A stretch of DNA of 63,758 bases, filler included, from Octopus bimaculoides (lineage: Eukaryota): NCBI RefSeq assembly GCF_001194135.2. It is 4 parts of 4 records of this genome, joined end to end, with 100 filler letters (N's around TTAATTAATTAA, not from the genome) between each part and the next. Parts side by side here need not be neighbours in the genome. Positions count along the whole stretch, not along the records: positions 29,097 to 54,509 come from NC_068983.1; 3 more parts are not named here. One strand, written 5' to 3'. Under the pieces are notes generated by a model. It was not told the DNA's origin. It searched no databases and saw nothing but the letters and a program-made list of their open reading frames with translations. This document shows, one piece after another, positions 41,619-53,650 of the stretch (the first letter of the stretch is position 1; each line of letters opens with the position of its first letter). The translations under genes were made by a program, and so were the position numbers.

Positions 41619-41870
41619 ACTAGCTCGTGCCTTCCGCGCCTCAATCGTTTTGATTTCAGCACATGACCTCAGATCAAAACTTTTGACATGCAAATATATC
41701 TCACTCAGTTACTCCATTTTGCTTAAACTTTCGTACCACATAGGACGCGTTCATCACGTTGAATTTTCGAAGATAGATTGGTTACTTTGGAATAAGTTTA
41801 AAATGGCATTCTATTGGTCAATGGCAGCCACGAAGTTGTAACGCAATCAAAACGACATCAATTATTTCTT
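41619..41870 (-). mobile_element. Possible non-autonomous Helitron 3' end
   Basis: Minus strand ends GCGCGGAAGGCACGAGCTAGT (GC-rich motif plus CTAG|T); 5' boundary not identified. Confidence 0.35.
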
Positions 41871-42386
41871 TTATCATTTAAGGTCCCTGTGTTGCGAACA
41901 AAAGTTTGGCACCATTTTCACGGTAAGCTGACGTTTGATATGTGTAGCAACACCAGTTCCTGGTACTGAACATTGCAGGTGGTGCTGTTAGCAAGGTCAT
42001 CATCATTCTATGGTGTCTGAACATAGTAATGTCTGCAGTCGTTACGTGGGAGTAATCGTTTGATGGTTTGGGCTTACAACTGAGTGCACCTGACAAACGT
42101 GAGTAGGTTGTAGTCCATATGAGCAGTAGGGATTCTATATCTCGCTCTTATCGGGAATGGGCTGCCCAGGCATTGGGAATGAGCTATCCTATTAGTGGCA
42201 CCACATGCACACCTCTGTTAATGAACTTCAGTCCTTTGGTCAACGATAATCCAAATATATTATCCTAGACCCAGACGAGCCCCCAAAAGCGAACGGTTAA
42301 GTTACGGAATGTAAAGAAACCAGTATAACTTGTCAAGTTGAGTGGAAACAAATACAAAGGCAATCACACACATACATATAAACTTT

Positions 42387-42434
<48 letters not shown>

Positions 42435-42444
42435 GCTAAATGTA

Positions 42445-42860
42445 TATTTATTCTTTTACTTTTTTATTCTTTTACTTGTTTCAGTTATTTGACTGCGGCT
42501 ATGTCTGAACACCGCCTTTAGTCGAACAAATTGACCCAGGACTTATTCTTTGTAAGCCTAGTACTTATTCTATCGGTCTCTTTTACAGAACCGCTAAGTT
42601 ACAGATACGTAAACATACCAACATCGGTTGTCAAGCGATTGTGTGAGGACAAACACAAACAAATACACGCACACACACATACACACACACGCATATATAC
42701 AATGGGCTTCTTTCATTTTCCGTCTACCAAATCCACTCACATGGCTATAGTCTGCTCGAGGCTATAGTAGAAGACACCCAACGTGCCACGCAGTGGGACT
42801 GAACCCGGAGCCATGTAGTTGGGAAGCAAGCTATTTACCACACAACCATTCCTGCGCCGA
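42445..42860 (-). mobile_element. Full-length SINE family A, inverted relative to the other copies
   Basis: Reverse complement of the 13611-14050 structure. Confidence 0.85.
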
Positions 42861-43229
42861 TGTTTGTATATACGTATATATATCATAGATGGGGAGCAGT
42901 TACTCTCCGTATAGAATACACATTACTAGTGCTCAAAAGGTTTAAACTTGAATAGGTAGAGGAGTAAATGTAAACACAAGCAAGTTAAACAGGTCGGCAG
43001 ACAAAGGATATTAAATACGTTAAATGCAAAAGGATTATATGTTTACATACAAAACATCAAATGTCCGACCTATACAGAAAAGAAATGGTATCAAGTATTA
43101 AAGGGGTTGAAGAAGAGTATTACAAATCCAACAGGTGTTTCTGGTGGCTCGGTGGTCCAAGATAATGGTTGTAAATTGATTCCATCGTCGGATGATACAC
43201 ACACACACACACACACACACAAACGCGCA

Positions 43230-43311
<82 letters not shown>

Positions 43312-43890
43312 CACTCACACACACATATATATAAACATGCTACGATTTTCGCAGCTTCTGTTACTAAATTCACGAATCATTCACAAGGCATTGGACAGGC
43401 CTAGGGCTATAGTTTGAGATACTTGGCCAAGGTGTACTGCAGTGGAACTAAACCCAAGACCGCAAAATTGCGAATTGAACCTCTCAACTACGCCTTGTCG
43501 GTATAGGAATGATACTCTAAGCACCATTAATATTCTAGGTTCTTAAAAAAAAAAGCAATGAATTAAACTTCAAAGGTTCTAGTTATCATTTAGCGGGAGG
43601 TTTAAGTTATAATAGTCATTTTTTTCTAAGTAATAACAGAAATTATCGTTGTTCCATACATTATAACCGAAAGATATCTTGTCAGTGAAAACGATGTGTG
43701 AAAACTCTTCTTCTACAAAGGAGGATAATTCGTCTTTTCCGACAACATTTTCAGATCTAAAAGCTGTGACAGTTTGATAAACTGAAATATGCTACAAGCC
43801 TTTTACATTGATAGTTCTACAATCAATTAGAAATGCCAGTAGCAGCCAAGAGCTCAAAGACAACTTTTTCTGTCTCTGCCTCTCTCTTTC

Positions 43891-43940
<50 letters not shown>

Positions 43941-44323
43941 GTTTCTCTGTCTGCCTATCTATCTGTCGCACACACTCACGCTCAGTCGCGCATGCAGCCA
44001 TGCGCACACGCACGTGTGAGATACACCTCTGAAATACAAAACTATGTGCTTTCGTTTTGAAAAACATTAAATTACGACAATGGGAACAATTAATATTATA
44101 AACTCCATCTCATATTTGCCTTACCAGGAATGTGCTATGCTGGTGGCTTACATGGTAGTAATTTACACAAATCAAAGACACGCTTTCTTTGTCAATGAAA
44201 GTCACTAGTGTTAATGAACTTTTGTTAAATTATAGAATGTGCATAACAATTCTTACCCAGTGAATGTTTGTAACATTTAAACGATTATCAAAGGGGACTG
44301 TATACCTTCTGAATGCCACTTAC

Positions 44324-44354
44324 TTTTGAATAAGGTGTCCATTGTTTAAATATT
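44324..44354 (-). CDS. Candidate 31-nt exon (phase 2 to 0; R-IFKQWTPYSK)
   Basis: Acceptor ..GTTACGAATCAG, perfect donor GTAAGT, in frame with the 45698-45786 candidate; no homology recognised. Confidence 0.25.
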
Positions 44355-45151
44355 CTGATTCGTAACATAATATATATACCCATACCTAATCCCCTTCACA
44401 CATTTTCTATTACTAATTTTGTTACCATTTAATTACCTCTTGAAATTCTCACATTAATCATATAAATGTTTCTATTATGGACAAGGTATCCGTTATCCAA
44501 GGAAGAGAATTGAATTACAATTTTAATGAGATATTTTACTACCTTCTAACGTACTATGTGTTTATCTATTCAGATGTTAACGTGTTATACACCTTAAACT
44601 CTTCAAATTCTAGACAACTGGCGTCATATACATTCAGTAAAAATGTCTTTAACGACAACCTCATCAATTTTATTCAATTTCCTATTAATTTAAATGTAAC
44701 ATGGTCAACTATACATATTATTAATATTATTGATTATCATTAATTAAACAATGTTATGCAAAATTTATAATTCATAGCTGCATGTAATCATTTAAGTTGA
44801 ATATTAAATTTATCAATATGGAAAGTATATGATGACCTCCAGTGGCTATGGGCATAGTATCTCTTTCTCAGACGGAGTGTTAAACAAAGCACTGACAGTT
44901 CATATTTTCTTTAGTTTCTAAAACGTGGCACGGAATGCTTTTTATAAGTTGAGTTTTTTAATTGTTCCGTTAAAATTTATATCATATTAAGAAAGTGGGT
45001 AATCTTACATGTTTCAAAAACCATATAAACACGTTTCCTGTATACTGGACTTGAACAAATTTAAGTTTACCCATTCAGCTATTTTATACATTGCACGTAC
45101 AAGGATCTATTTGCAAGTAACAACATATTTTAGGATAGATGTGCATATATA

Positions 45152-45339
45152 CGAGTAAGTTCTCAAAAGTTCCTGACTTTGGGTAACAGAAAATACATAT
45201 TCCCTTCTCAGATTCACAGACCTATTGCAGCGGTCCTTCAAGTTTTCTAAGTCCTCGAGTAAAAGAACTCAGGAGGTTGTTCTCCCAACCAGGCTTTTCG
45301 AGAGACCCTTAAAGCCAGGAACTTTTCAGCACCCACTCA
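45152..45339. mobile_element. Mariner-type MITE, copy 2
   Basis: TA flanks on both sides; AAAAGTTCCTG.CTTT / AAAGCCAGGAACTTTT TIR core; internal sequence aligns with 7486-7695. Confidence 0.75.
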
Positions 45340-45697
45340 TACGCAGCTTAACTTGGAGCTTGCATGGTAGTGGTGGTTGATTTCCGTCGTTTGACGATGA
45401 AGATCAAGGTGTTAGATCAGCTGATTTAGATGCTGCTAAATTAACATGGCTGAGCGCTCCTTGGACATGTGCACTTTTAGTATACTTCTCAGACAGAATC
45501 AACGAGATAGAATGCATAACAAGGCTGTATTTTAAATTACAATTACAATCCACAATATTTCGACATCGTAACGAGTCTGACCGGGATTTCTCTCCCAATT
45601 TCCTAATGGATATTACTGAATCGAGCTGAATTTGAGTGAAATAAATACAACCAGGAATAGAGACCGTGTTCTGAATTTTGTTCACAAATGCTCTTAC

Positions 45698-45786
45698 CTC
45701 TCTCTCTGGATCCGGAGAAGCAGCCCAATGCGGTCCCTCCATATACTTGAAGTATCTATTAAACGTCCCACATTTATTTTTTCTTC
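45698..45786 (-). CDS. Candidate 89-nt exon (EEKINVGRLIDTSSIWRDRIGLLLRIQRE; alternative frame RKNKCGTFNRYFKYMEGPHWAASPDPERE)
   Basis: Strong acceptor TATGTTCTTTCTTTTCTAAG and donor GAG|GTAAGA; open in two frames; product not recognised. Confidence 0.35.
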
Positions 45787-46330
45787 CTTAGAAAAGAAAG
45801 AACATACTGGGTATATCATGTATAAACCCTAGATACACTATGCTTAAAAAATAGCAGTATGTCAGAAATTTTCTAGATAGATTATAACTTCTTTGGATGG
45901 TAAAATTTCTGATCAGTTTTATGCTTCATTTGAATGACGTCAACATTAAACAAATGTCAGTAAAGATGAAGTGAATAGATTGTTAGATAGATATGTTGGT
46001 GTAATTTACAAACTTGTTTAATGCAATTTGATTTCTTAAACGAAACATTGGTCACTATCTTTTTAACTCTGAACCATTATTTCATCATGTAAACCAATTT
46101 TAATTAACTAATTTGTAGGGACAAGCAAATTTGGCCCATTAATATCTAGGTACCTTGTTCGTTGTTAAAACCAAATGCTTTCTTAAGTTTAAATTGTAAT
46201 GCACTTATTTTAGATTGGCTCATATTTTTATAGTGTTTAGTGAACAGAGAATGTCACGTCTGTTTTCCATCAATTGTAGTGGAAACTACACTGATTTGTG
46301 AGCACATGTATTAGATTTTAAATTTAACTA

Positions 46331-46580
46331 TTGGGTTGGTGCATAATTATTGCTGCTTTTTTTCAACAAAGTTTATTCAACAAAAACAATAACAATATTT
46401 AACAAAAACATCTTTAAATGACGGTCTGACCGTCTGCCAAGCAAATGGAAAACAGTAATTGAAGTAGATGGTGAATATTCTCCTGAATAATCATTTAAAG
46501 ATGTTTTTGTTACATGTTGTTATTGTTTTTGTTGAATAAAATTTGTTGAAAAAAGCCCCAATAATTATGCATCAACCCAA
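46331..46580. mobile_element. Mariner MITE with TIRs of about 90 bp and a transposase C-terminal remnant
   Basis: TA|TTGGGTTGGTGCATAATTATTG..CAATAATTATGCATCAACCCAA|TA; the core encodes DRLPSKWKTVIEVDGEY, like the mariner end motif LP.RW..V....G.Y. Confidence 0.92.
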
Positions 46581-48498
46581 TACTTTTTTAGCTACGTCAA
46601 TTGAGTAACAATTTGCTAAGTATTTTTAAAATCGAAATTCTACGCTTTTTACCTTTACACTTGTAAATATAGATTATTAAGTAAACTCTCCCCTTTGCAA
46701 TATAACATAAAAAAGTAATTAATGGGTTTATCAATCAATATAAGGTTTCTTTCTGCAAAAGATTCTGATAGAGATGGTATTTTTACCTGGGTATTATCCT
46801 ATCAGTTTATTTGATTGCATTATTCATTTCAAGAAAGTGAGCGAGATATTTAGATCTATATTGCTATTGGCTTATGGTAACCTATCAATAGTTTCCTTTC
46901 CTTTATTGAAAATGATATATTGAAAACATTTTCAAAGTACTCATTTCAACGATTCTTGAAACTTTTCACACTGTTAAATCCTGCCGGTATATAACAAAGG
47001 CGTTGATAAAAGAATAGGAGAATACTGTTCTTTCGAGGTGCGTTATATTGGTTAGTATCCTCATATCTCAATATTCCTGGACACCGACATTTTTGCTGAG
47101 CTATCCATTGTAAAATGTCTGAATTTTAAACTGAATACTCTGCGAATTTGAATAAAGTCTTTCTAAGAATAAAGTCTTTCTACTGCCAGTACTTTTGTGG
47201 ATGGTTGACTGCCGATTCATTTTATCTTTGCATATTTTTGTCAAACTAGTCGCACGTATTGCGCGTTTTTACTCAGTGAATTAAAAGTCGAAGTATAGAC
47301 CACATCTCTTAGTAATTATCAGTTGCTATCGATACCATTTTTGTTTTATTTTGAACTTTAATATTTTGTTTAATTTTGAATTAAGCTGTTTGAAGAGAGG
47401 AATCGATTACTTCACTTTTGTAGCTTCAGAACATTCTCTTTTCCCACAGATTTTTTTCCTTTCAACGCCTTGTTTGCGCAATTAGGTTTTCAGCTTGTAA
47501 TAGGGCAGTTTATGCCAATGATTTGCACGAAGCTGTATCAATATTGTTTTGCTTCGCATATGTTGATGAGTGGAGGCGAAACAGTGGTTTCGTTCATCTG
47601 ACCGGTACAAAGCATTCGGAAGTATAGGTCTATTACTGTTAGTCATATCTATGTGACAAGTTTTTTCTAGCTCTCGCGTAAAAATTATCAAAAATAAAAT
47701 ACTCGCTAGATTTTGTGACTGGTGAGTACATCCAAGAGTTCAGACAATTTGCTTTTAATACATTCCAAATTTGCCCTTATAGGTGATTAACCGTTGGTAA
47801 ATCTTCATCCTCGTAAGTTTTTATTTTTCTCAATCCTTTTGGTTTCCATACGACTCTCTATGCAATGTCATTTCTATCCAGAAAAAGCTTACTCTGACTG
47901 AATCTCCACATACATCAACTCTGCATTCGGAAAAAAGTGTTTGTCTATCGTTCTATGCATGCATCGTGAAAACCCACACGCTATCAATATCGTTCTTCTG
48001 ATTTTTTTCATTTTTAATTAGCCAAAATGGCTGCGCTGCAGCTCAACTTTAATATATCTCGAGAAGTGAATAATGGATGCCGATAGAGGAATACTCTGTC
48101 ACTCCTGTCGTATTTTGTGGCAACTTCACTCAACACAAAACATCATAAGGGATACTTCTGCGCAGTGTTGTGACTACAGTCAGGTTTTTGTCGTATTATT
48201 GCATCACCAACTCCATCTCGTTTCAGAAACTTGAATCTGTTGCATGCGGATCCTTTCCGGGTAAAAACATAGTGTGTTGCAATTAATGTACATCGCTATT
48301 TCACACTAAGGTTGGGGGTTTCACTGGAATGACAGGCTTAAATGGGCAAATCTAGGTTTTACATTTCTTAATAAAGCAATACAGTTTAAAAGACATGCAT
48401 CTAGCCCTTAGTCACAAGAGTCGGGTAACGTGTGTCACTGCTAGGAGACATAAAGATCTAGACTTTGTGTCTGTGTAATATCGAAAGCATATTCTTAC

Positions 48499-48687
48499 AC
48501 GCGCTTCTTTTAGCCAACGCAAATCAGAACTATAGTAAATGCATCCCTTATCATCTAACATGTAAGCATGACTGTATTCATATGACTTTTTACTTGTTTC
48601 AGTTTTAGTGTTCTGTACATCTTGGGGGATCTCCCATAACGAATTATCATAATCCATTATAATGGCGCCAGCTCTTGCATTATAGAC
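48499..48687 (-). CDS. Candidate 189-nt exon (VYNARAGAIIMDYD..SDLRWLKEAR) inside the 110-codon ORF
   Basis: Pyrimidine-rich acceptor ..CCTTCTATCTTACAAG (alternative ..TTTTCTGTCTCAG at about 48726), donor CGT|GTAAGA, phase 0 to 0; no family recognised. Confidence 0.25.
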
Positions 48688-49275
48688 CTTGTAAGATAGA
48701 AGGATAATAATGAGTAGGGACGAAGCTGAGACAGAAAATTTCACAAGTAACTTCTATCGATAATCCCTCGCGAACACAAACATAAACACACGTTATATAC
48801 ATACAGTCTTGGATACATATATGCATATATACATATATGCACATGCACACTAAAGTTCATGTTAAGATATTAACGATATCGCTCGAAACTATATTAAAAA
48901 TGACAACATGTAGGGAATTATCATATCAGCTTTTATATCCGCTAACGCGTATATGTGTGTGTTTGCGTGTGTGTAGGTACATACATANNNNNNNNNNNNN
49001 NNNNNNNNNNNNNNNNNNNNNNNNNNNNNNNNNNNNNNNNNNNNNNNNNNNNNNNNNNNNNNNNNNNNNNNNNNNNNNNNNNNNNNNNNNNNNNNNNNNN
49101 NNNNNNNNNNNNNNNNNNNNNNNNNNNNNNNNNNNNNNNNNNNNNNNNNNNNNNNNNNNNNNNNNNNNNNNNNNNNNNNNNNNNNNNNNNNNNNNNNNNN
49201 NNNNNNNNNNNNNNNNNNNNNNNNNNNNNNNNNNNNNNNNNNNNNNNNNNNNNNNNNNNNNNNNNNNNNNNNNNN

Positions 49276-49470
49276 CCCCGTGATAGGTAAAAATACGCGA
49301 AGCAGAAACAGTACTGTACTGTATATTTTTTTCGTTATAGTTATAATTTGTATATATTTATTTTATTATAAATGCAAAACAACACCACGGAGGCATCAAC
49401 GTAAGCCTAAATAATAAACTGCAATAGGTGAACCGCGATAGGTGAACCGCAATATGACGAGAAATTACTG
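49276..49470. mobile_element. Right end of a pogo/Tigger-like MITE (left end in the gap)
   Basis: Ends CCGCGATAGGTGAACCGCAATATGACGAGAAATTACTG|TA, the reverse complement of a CAGTAA..CTCG Tigger-type TIR with TA TSD. Confidence 0.65.
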
Positions 49471-49574
49471 TATTCTCTTCTTATTAATAAACTCCGGGTA
49501 AATATTTTTGTAGTAGTATCATTAACAATCAACTAATGTGCTTCATGTTGTCAACTGTGAAATGACCGAGTACA

Positions 49575-50407
49575 TTCACGGTGGAACTGTCAATGTAATT
49601 CTATACGGAATAGGATTTCTTCTCTCTCGTTGGCTGTTCTTGTTCGGAATTCATGAGCACTCTCAAGTCTATTTTTGTTAACTCCTTTTGCACTAGCAGT
49701 ATACTGTAGCAGGTCATCTTTGCTGTTTACCAAATATTCTGCCAAGTTTCTTCTTTCACTGTTGATATGCTCCCGTACGCTAATCAGCCCACGTCCACCC
49801 TTAGCTCTCTTCATGTAGAACCTTTTTACATTTGCCTTAAGGTGGAAGGCACCATGCATTGTCATTATCTTTCGAGTAGTACGATCGAGTTAGTCAATCT
49901 CCGTTTTTGTCCATCTCAGGATGGGTGCACTATAGCGGACTACAGCAAGAGTCCATATGTTGATGGCAGTCACAAATTTCCTTGAGTTGAGCTTCGATTC
50001 CAAGAGAAATTTGAGGCGCTTGAAATATGTAGTGGTGCTCTTGTCTTTCATTTCTCTGTGCAAGACATTGTCCAGCTCCAAGATCCTAAGGTACTTGTAT
50101 TAATCATCATCCGGGTCTTCCATTCTCTCTTCGTTTGGCAATTTCGTGAGCAAGCTTTGCTCTTGTGCCACCAGTATGAAACATCCAGTCTTTGCTTTAC
50201 TCCTGAACTTTTCAGCCTCTGATGGGTTGTAGCTTGATCTACATCTGCATATCGACTCTGAAGTATATTTTGTCCATGCAGAGGCTTCTGGCTGCACCGC
50301 TCCTCAATTTGTTTCCGCCCGTTCTTTTTTGCAGTCTGCTTGATCCATTTTGCTTGCTTTGTGGCAGTGGTTTCAGATTCTTCAACTATTTGTGGGCTAC
50401 ACAGCAC
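49575..50407 (-). mobile_element. Two adjacent R4/Dong-like LINE ORF fragments
   Basis: Segment 50130-49575: YKYL.ILELD..KLNS..AINIW..AVVRYSA..MHGAFHLKANV.R.Y..R..GGRGL..ELH.QF. Segment 50407-50135: KPLHGQ..DVDQATTHQ.L.SSG.KA.T..F.LVAQEQSL.T. Both are R4-clade post-RT motifs. Confidence 0.8.
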
Positions 50408-50626
50408 GTAATTTGAACAATTACCTACACGTGCAACTGTCTACGCATCCATGTGCACATGCTAATATTTATAAGCAGCATAAATAATGCTTGCACGACA
50501 CATACAGAAAATAAAAGAAAAAAACACCAGTCACAAGCATCACCGTACCAGACAAAAACAAAGCGACTTCTCACAAACGAATATAAAAAGTAACAAATTA
50601 GTCACTCAGTTTAAAACGTAACGAAA

Positions 50627-50735
50627 CAGTTAAGCGTAGAAACATAACCACCACTCCAAAATAAAGGTGATTTCCCATCTATCTGCCTACGAGGAAGCGC
50701 TGTCAGGTCAAGCAGTTAACTATGAGCAGACAGAC
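50627..50735 (-). ncRNA. Candidate HDV-like (nested double pseudoknot) ribozyme
   Basis: P1 GUCUGUCUG/CAGAUAGAU, L3 UCCUCGU, P1.1 GG, P4 AAUCACC/GGUGGUU, J4/2 CUA, P2 UAGUUA[15 nt]AGCG/CGCUUAACUG; folded by hand only. Confidence 0.5.
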
Positions 50736-51054
50736 CCGTCTCCTATTGTCGCTGTCAATGCTTTAATGACAAACCAAAACTCATGCCGGACTTGTTATCA
50801 CCCGGGACAACAACGACTGCGTTATTCAGTGGGGAACCAAACTGGGGTCGAAAAGGCTGCTGCTGGAACAAACTCTCAAAATAAAACGATCTATTAGGTA
50901 ACTAGATCCAGAATAACCTTAACCCTAGACCTGTAGTGACGTCACCAAAATCATCACCTAAAGAAAAACGCATAAAATAAACTACAGAGGATTATAGAGA
51001 TGTGTTGAAAGCCCAACTAAACCCAAACAATAACTTTATAATACAACCTGACAT

Positions 51055-51078
51055 TTATTATTGTTATTATTGTTATTA

Positions 51079-51162
<84 letters not shown>
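51055..51162. repeat. (TTA)n microsatellite
   Basis: Direct reading. Confidence 0.95.
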
Positions 51163-51226
51163 GCTACTGTTGTTGTTGTCATTATTATTACTGCTGTTAT
51201 TATTTTCATCATCAACATTTGTCTAC

Positions 51227-51322
<96 letters not shown>

Positions 51323-52119
51323 GAATTAATGCAAATTGAAACAATGAACCAAATTCCCTCAAAATACCAGCAGAGCACATCATTTCCGGAAAGAATTTGA
51401 TAGCAAATTGTGTACGCGCACATAATAACAGTGGTAAATAAAATATTCGAGCATGAACTTGAGAATATTAGTAAGTAACTTTATAACGATGATAATAAAG
51501 AATGTGGACTTAACGATCTAGCTATTTGGAATTAAACCGTAGCTAGCAAAGTTAATGAACCGTATTCTCTGAATGATTTTACTCGGTACGTATGGAAAAC
51601 AGTAGAATAATAAAGACAGTAAACAAAGTGTAAGCACAAGAAAGACATTATTTACGGTACATATTTAACATATTTAACAAAGTAGTGAAGAAGAAACGCA
51701 CTATAACGTCAAATGAGTGAAGTCTGCTTCAAACCAAATAAAAAAGAACGTGACTTTCACACAAGTAAAATCACGAATATGGAATGAATAAATTACGTAT
51801 ACGAGACAACATTAAGGTTCAATTTTGCGTGTAATTGCAAAGCTACTGGTTTCCCATGCGAAGCTGCTTGGAGCAGGAGCAATGCCCAGGCCTTGACATG
51901 CCCTAGCACTGCCTCTGATTATAGTCACTTATCCACACTTAGCTCTTTTATGTCAAACATTTGTTAAATAATGAAATAACTGCAAAATATTTACGAGGAA
52001 TACGAAAATTGTAAAATAGTATTTTCATTTTCTGTAAATTACATGAATGAGCTGGTAATGGTGGTTGGCTTAATTGGTACACGTCGGTGGCAGATTTTGT
52101 TTAAAAGTATTTAGGAAAA

Positions 52120-53650
52120 TTCTATGTCGGAAATTTCGTCATCTAATGGCAAGAAACGAAAGTATGAAGATAAAAGAAATTTTGAGACAGCAAGGGAGGA
52201 AAATTTTACCATCAGAAAAAGGCAAATCCTTGTCTCGTAACAGCCTTGTGTTTTGTTATTATGAAGGCAATAACTTGAAACAGCAGCTATAAATCTAAAA
52301 ACGTCATAGAAAGTTATCCCGTTACTCATTTAAGTCAAAATAAAACAAACAAACAAACAAATTAACTCCCACAAAACATCACAGGACACACTGGATGACA
52401 ATGTTCATGAAGGAAGCCAATACAAGGACTGAAGCTAATTTGTAACGTTTTACAATACCGTTTGTGTTGAACGTTCATTCTCAGAACAATAGGAATATAT
52501 AGTTGAAGATATTACAGAAGATAATGTATTAAAAGAACAGCCGTATTTCCATTAAAATGCATACGAAAGGGTTTTAAAACATGCTGATGTTCATTTTAAT
52601 ATATCATCAGTGTGGCAACAGATGGAGCAAATCAATGGTGAATGAAAATAATGTAATATCAATTGCAGATATGAAAGTGATACCAGTTTTCTAGAAGTTC
52701 CCATCGCTCTTTGTATTTCCCTCATGAACATTTGGCATATGAAAATGATATAAAATCTGTCCATGAAAGTCAGAATTTAATAGATTTAAATGGTAAAATT
52801 CACTATTTCAGCAATGTTTTTGAAAAGTGGTAGTTGAATATACACATAGATACCTCTTTCTACTGTGTAGTGAAGTCACTGTCAACTAGAATTAATTTGA
52901 ATGTGTTTTTGGATCCACTAGAGCTTGTTATTACTTAGATGGAAAGGAAAGGTAAACAGATTCCCCATCTGATGTTCCTTACAAATATAAAGAATCATCT
53001 GCGAACTCTTGACTTGGCAACCCAAGGGAAGGATGAGATTAACTTTTAAATGACTTAAGTTTTACCATGCAGAGTAAAATAAGCGTTTTTCAAAGATACA
53101 CTTTGTCAAGAAACTTCAATCACTTTCCCAGTAAAATCCTCGATATTAAAATAAAGGTCACAAATTAGAAAAATGGAAAGATATATTGCAATGACAATCT
53201 AGATAATTTCATACCCAGTTTCTGTAAGTCATCTGTGACAAAAGCAGTTCTTTGCCTTTCTATAAATTAATCAATGATTGAAGTGTACAATGATATTTGT
53301 CTAATTCTTGAAATTCTAATTTTAGAACTATCTGCTATAGAAATAGAAGTAAAGGAATTGCAGGAGAATCTGAGTTTAAACATGATCCAAGAACTTATTG
53401 TACGATTGAGTTCTGAGAGGTCCAGAAATAAAATATTTACATCTGAAACGCACAAATGTGCGACTCATCTTAATTTCCAGTTAAACCTATTTCTCTAAAT
53501 CACTGCAACTTTGTTGAAGGTTGGGAATTCGAACCAGGAGTAAATTCTTACAAATAAAAACCTGGTGCAGTAATTCCGTACCACCTTGACAACATAACCA
53601 GTTTTTCAAACACTTACAGCTAAGGCGGAAATTCATAAAACTTCTGCTCT
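52120..53650 (+). pseudogene. Heavily decayed hAT (Buster/Charlie/SPIN-like) transposase
   Basis: Ordered remnants: KKRKYEDKRNF, NNLKQ, SVATDGA (DDE Asp), SFYCVVKSLS (Y.EVRWLS-like), LMFLTNIKNHLRTLDLATQGKD (LAFL.D...LN.LN..LQGK-like), IEVKELQE; many stops and frameshifts. Confidence 0.65.

Noticed and set aside
43975-44025. Promoter-like motifs (GCGCATGC, CACGTG) next to an (CT)n tract
   Set aside because: Short motifs within a CA/CG-rich microsatellite margin, with no linked transcription start evidence.
46950-48350. Possible decayed DNA transposon (piggyBac-like hint IATDNY)
   Set aside because: Only a single short motif; no TIR or TTAA pair could be established.
48412-48744. 110-aa ORF as a stand-alone secreted or PA-domain protein
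   Set aside because: It starts at GTG, ORFs of this length are expected by chance in 64 kb, and the PA-domain resemblance (KVYNARAGAII) is too short. It is kept only as a low-confidence exon candidate.
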